This document shows, one piece after another, positions 61,501-64,000 of a stretch of 64,000 nt of DNA (positions are counted from its first letter, which is position 1; every line of letters begins with the position of its first letter). The notes under the pieces were generated by a model. That model searched no databases, had not been told where the DNA came from, and worked only from the letters and a program-made list of their open reading frames with translations. A program made the translations under genes and the position numbers. The DNA comes from Oculina patagonica (taxonomy: Eukaryota). The DNA is taken from contig NC_135759.1 in assembly GCF_052425735.1 (NCBI RefSeq), positions 13,144,001 through 13,208,000 on the forward strand, in the 5' to 3' direction.

Positions 61501-63423
61501 TTTATAATATTATTTACGGTAAGTCGGTATTAAAGGCTAATTTTTCGATTTCAGATTTTCAAAATTAAAAAAGGTGGAAAATTAAAGCCATGGCGATTTG
61601 TGGCGTATTGGATCATTTGTAGATGACTCAATACATATCCCATGGCCCCTGAATGTCAGGTCCTTCTTGAAAGCACATAAGCAATATGATCTGAGTCAGA
61701 GTGAAATTTGAGACATGAAATTTGAGATAAAATTCTCAAGTCGGTCTGTCACCAAAAACCACTTGTGCCGCAAATTCTTACTGGATGGAAACGATGACTA
61801 CATAATTTCTTTGCAGTGGAAACATGTTTTTTATATGTGAACAAAACACGCGACCGAATTCTAAAACAAGTCGGTTTTCATGTTCGATGAATATTATATT
61901 TGATGCCTCGCCGCCAACTTGTTTTGATAACATCTGTTCTTAAATTACTATGGTGCTGGCAAATACGGAAAAGTGCAGCTTACACACCAAGAGGTCGATG
62001 CCAAAAACCCTTGAAGGAAATGACTTTTATGCAATGATGCTTGCTTGTGGGGATATCTTTCAAATTGGTGCAGTACGACCAGCAGGTCGGTATGACCTTT
62101 GTGTTCGTTTGAATTTGTTTAATTTGCTTATTACCAGCCAACGACTTCCAGTAGTTAAAACTACTAACGATTTAAAAGTATTTTTTATGCAAAAAGCTTC
62201 ATAACGATGTTTTACTTCTTATAGCAACATTCTATTTAGTTTATATTTTACAAACTCTGAACTTATCACGATTTCCGTGTTGAGCTCATTTGCATATTGT
62301 CACGAAGTTAACACCATTTATTGATGCGAACCTGTAATTCCTCTTAAACTTAACAGAGATTTTATTTGATAAATAGGGACACCATTTCCAAGGCAATCTA
62401 TTGATACTTTCAAATTCGATTGAAGAAACGCCGCATGTCTACAAACAACGACTTTTGAAACCCCACTTTTTTGATACGAATTGAATAAGGAGATTTGGAA
62501 TTTTGCTTTCAGCCAAACGCAGCAAATGACAGAAGTTTACTGAACGTTTTTCTATTATTCGGGACTTGATTTGTCTTATGTAAAAGTTTCGTATCATTTC
62601 TTTTTATATTAAGCATGTAGCAGGGGATCAAACATGGTGAATATTTTTAGGTCAAATTTAAGTACTTTCCACTGTCTGACAGTTTGATTGACATTTCTCC
62701 AAAACAATAAACAATTGAACCAAAATATTGCACATGGTTAATGTACTAGTGACGTTACACAAGTGTGCCAAATTTGAGGGAAATCGGTGAGATGCGCTGT
62801 AGACTCGCCTGCATGGCTCTCGTGCGGACTCACTCTTAAGACCATGTAGATCTTATTAAAATTTATTATATTGACACCTGTAGACATGTACATGTGTCAG
62901 GAAAGACTGTTCTGCTTAAAGGCTTAAAAATAATTATTTTATTTACAGTTCTGTTCTCAGAATTTATTTCACACAGTCATGTGTAAGTGAAAACCATCTG
63001 CAAATTGTTGAAGCAAGATTGAGTTACATTGTTAAATTTGTGGTTGTGAAATTAATATCAGTGATAAAGCATTCTCCTGACATTGAACATTCATTTGGTA
63101 TGTGTGCTGTTGGTGCAAGAAATCAAATGAATACCATATTCAGGGTTCATATGGGACCTGGAAAACCTGGCAAGTTTTGGAATTTTATTGTGGCACTTAC
63201 ACATGTTGTTTCCGGGACTTTCCAGTCCTGGAAAAAGACTACTGGTCCTGGAAAGTTCTGGAAATATTTAGTCTGTTATGTGTATTTAACATTCAGTTTG
63301 GGCCTGGGGTACATTAAAAAAATAGAAAATACATTTACCAGTGTTGTGGTGATCATGTTTTACTTCACAGACATGAGGTTGGATTTCAGGAGAACACTCA
63401 TAAAGAGGACATAAATCATGGAG
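43583..63423 (+). CDS. ERGIC1: ER-Golgi intermediate compartment protein 1, 5' part (6 exons; continues past the window)
   Basis: Exons 43583-43602, 46428-46489, 46876-46948, 57097-57185, 57716-57749 and 63371-63423 splice in frame to MQFDVRRFDVYRKVPKDLTEPTLTGAVISICSCLFIVFLLLSEFYSFINTEIASELFVDNP...LPRMKCEHLGLDIQDEMGRHEVG, matching ERGIC1. Missed by the ORF track. Confidence 0.93.
47810..48032. mobile_element. Palindromic MITE with GCAAGCACAA repeats (Harbinger-like)
   Basis: Ends TTTTCACTAGCGACGCAAGCACAAGC / GCTTGTGCTTGCATCGCTAGTGAAAA. Confidence 0.7.
48097..49530. mobile_element. Tc1/mariner-pogo-type MITE (TA TSD) containing a nested element
   Basis: TA|CAGTCGAAGCTCTC...GAGAGCTTCGACTG|TA, with internal GTCCGCTTACG repeats. 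Confidence 0.8.
48324..49247. mobile_element. Non-autonomous DNA transposon with subterminal AATCGAAC arrays, TA-flanked
   Basis: Arrays of AATCGAAC at the left end and GTTCGATT at the right end. A degenerate relative lies at about 44300-45345. Confidence 0.6.
49800..51617 (+). CDS. THAP-HTH-DDE_Tnp_4 transposase; exons 49800-50097 and 50323-51617
   Basis: THAP C2CH (CAAFGC...FP.DP...W...VCSEHF) spliced to GAEPSIF. Coiled coil, FYTGF, LMRLKAGL..DLADRFGIS HTH and the DDE triad (LDCSE, VDRGF, HVERAIG). Confidence 0.92.
51670..51903. repeat. Probable small repeat inserted in the ISL2EU spacer
   Basis: Ends in CCACTATTCACCTCCACTTTGGTGAATAAT, a terminus I recall from common cnidarian non-autonomous elements. 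Not verified. Confidence 0.35.
52769..54640 (-). CDS. ISL2EU accessory protein: SAP-like + SWIM zinc finger + YqaJ (lambda-exonuclease-like) domain
   Basis: LTAKDLRDILRS...GAKADLV (SAP-like), CTCPAG...CNHV (SWIM), and TRGQ....W...R...LTASNF, YG...E, LAASLD, EIKSP, YY.QVQGQL (YqaJ). Confidence 0.9.
   Translation of the reverse strand: MVLKYKDKEISSLDDIQKLTAKDLRDILRSHSETTGGAKADLVLKVYALLMREVLPANANSEDNQEVPSVQDQDQGQVGEEFKYDAIMRKISALGWSSDLRHLPEMNFIQLYDYLVVSTRKYRHIVLKGTHYKKLKSYQFFFKGNVKKLEVKLFENKTYVRANVLPSMKKTPYRVVVEFSPTCDVLRAACTCPAGLGLNGKGKCNHVGGVLFAIEDFIRRGSQNNPEPLTCTSRLSVWVVPRNQSVAAKPLDKVLIRKIRFGKKNIRTQPKIIRFDPRAPQHRTRDEEGFKALCENLQNCLHSSSFFLFHDLKSKCASAQSSSTLDEGERGQDSTPFTDNYDIATERFKSIVDEHVSNMTITEEEILETERLTRGQNKNQHWFDKRKQLLTASNFGKAAKTKVEPSKKIKAMLYANFTTEAVQYGIESEEKAAALYIREMAKEGVTVKVEEVGLLQSKEKPFLAASLDRIVTNLITKEKWGMEIKSPLSKAGMRVEDACKNKNFFLEKLSDGMIRLKRNHDYYIQVQGQLYAASNLALKGIIFVVYFGEEMPLFIENIHFDGSRWNDELLPRLEYFFKRAFFPEMLTKRVERGKLLYLHGGWIPFGHYSCSANGLKLRFSRSQ
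55837..56017. mobile_element. Degenerate Tc1/pogo-type MITE
   Basis: TATAACGGACACC ... GGTGTCC...GTTGACTGTA ends. Confidence 0.5.
57809..62835. mobile_element. Kolobok-like non-autonomous element (TTAA TSD) with nested MITEs, in ERGIC1 intron 5
   Basis: TTAA|GAGAGGGT... and ...ACTCACTC|TTAA. Imperfect terminal homology including CCATGCA and GAGTCTACA at both ends. Confidence 0.6.
58810..59121. mobile_element. Academ-like MITE with 10-bp TSD
   Basis: TIR CATTCTCGTCCCCATAGCCCTTTCGTTTCTCTTAGCCGGC. GCCTCAGTGC duplicated at 58800-58809 and 59122-59131. Confidence 0.8.
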
Positions 63424-64000
63424 GTAAATGATACATGTGTGACCTTGGAATAAAACTGTCAGCTATGTGTCAGTCTTAAAAAAAAATTCAAAATTAAAAA
63501 AATACATATTTTGTAATGCAATATTATGCTTTGAGTTTAAAGAGCCATTCAAAGGACATCTGTAATAAAAATTATGCAGATCATCAAGTTCTATTACGGG
63601 TGCCCTAACAAGTTTAACTGTTCGTAACCTGGTATGTTGAGAGAATGATCATCACGATTGTTTGCCATTTGATACCACTATTTGATCATCAAATGATTGT
63701 AACCAATAGCCACTATTTGGTGTGAAAATATTGAGTGAGCTTTATGAAACAGATAACATCTAAGGACAAACATCTGTGTAAATTGTTGATGTTGTACAAT
63801 TTTACACAACACCTGTCTATTTGGGCGACTTCTTTTCCAAGCTCAGGGCTTGACAAAAACTTGAATTCCAGGTTGCCTATGGGGCAAGTAACTCTCAAAT
63901 TTTGCTTGCCCGGGCACTTTCCCCCCTTGCCCAAGTTCTTAAACTTATTAATAATTCATGACCCCCCACCCCCCTCAACACACACACACACACAAAAACA

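Noticed and set aside
63019-63414. 131-aa ORF
   Set aside because: Mostly intronic repeat sequence. The real coding part is ERGIC1 exon 63371-63423, read in a different frame.

Overview
AT-rich, intron-containing animal genomic DNA. Gene content and repeat families suggest a cnidarian, probably a stony coral (inference). Bases 1-3608 are the right ends of two related Polinton/Maverick (adintovirus-like) elements. Element A (ends ACTACTACT at 2595) appears inserted into a gene of element B (ends ACTACT at 3608). Both carry parvovirus-VP1-type PLA2 genes. Element B also carries a complete, stand-alone 72-nt tRNA-like Pol III gene with a CUA (amber) anticodon and an unusual A33, which is the top candidate for an undescribed system here. 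Host genes follow: an intronless class A GPCR (-), an alpha-1,3-fucosyltransferase (+), an 11-exon PX + six-SH3 SH3PXD2/Tks-like scaffold (-), an orphan two-exon secreted peptide precursor (+), a DUSP1/4-type MAPK phosphatase with an immediate-early-type promoter (+), and the first six exons of ERGIC1 (+). ERGIC1 introns are inflated by nested DNA transposons, including an apparently intact ISL2EU-type element (THAP-DDE transposase + SAP/SWIM/YqaJ nuclease, perfect 73-bp TIRs). Also present: a Penelope remnant with inverted hammerhead-like repeats, an RTE LINE fragment, many MITEs and a 147-N assembly gap. All calls were made by eye; no database searches were run.
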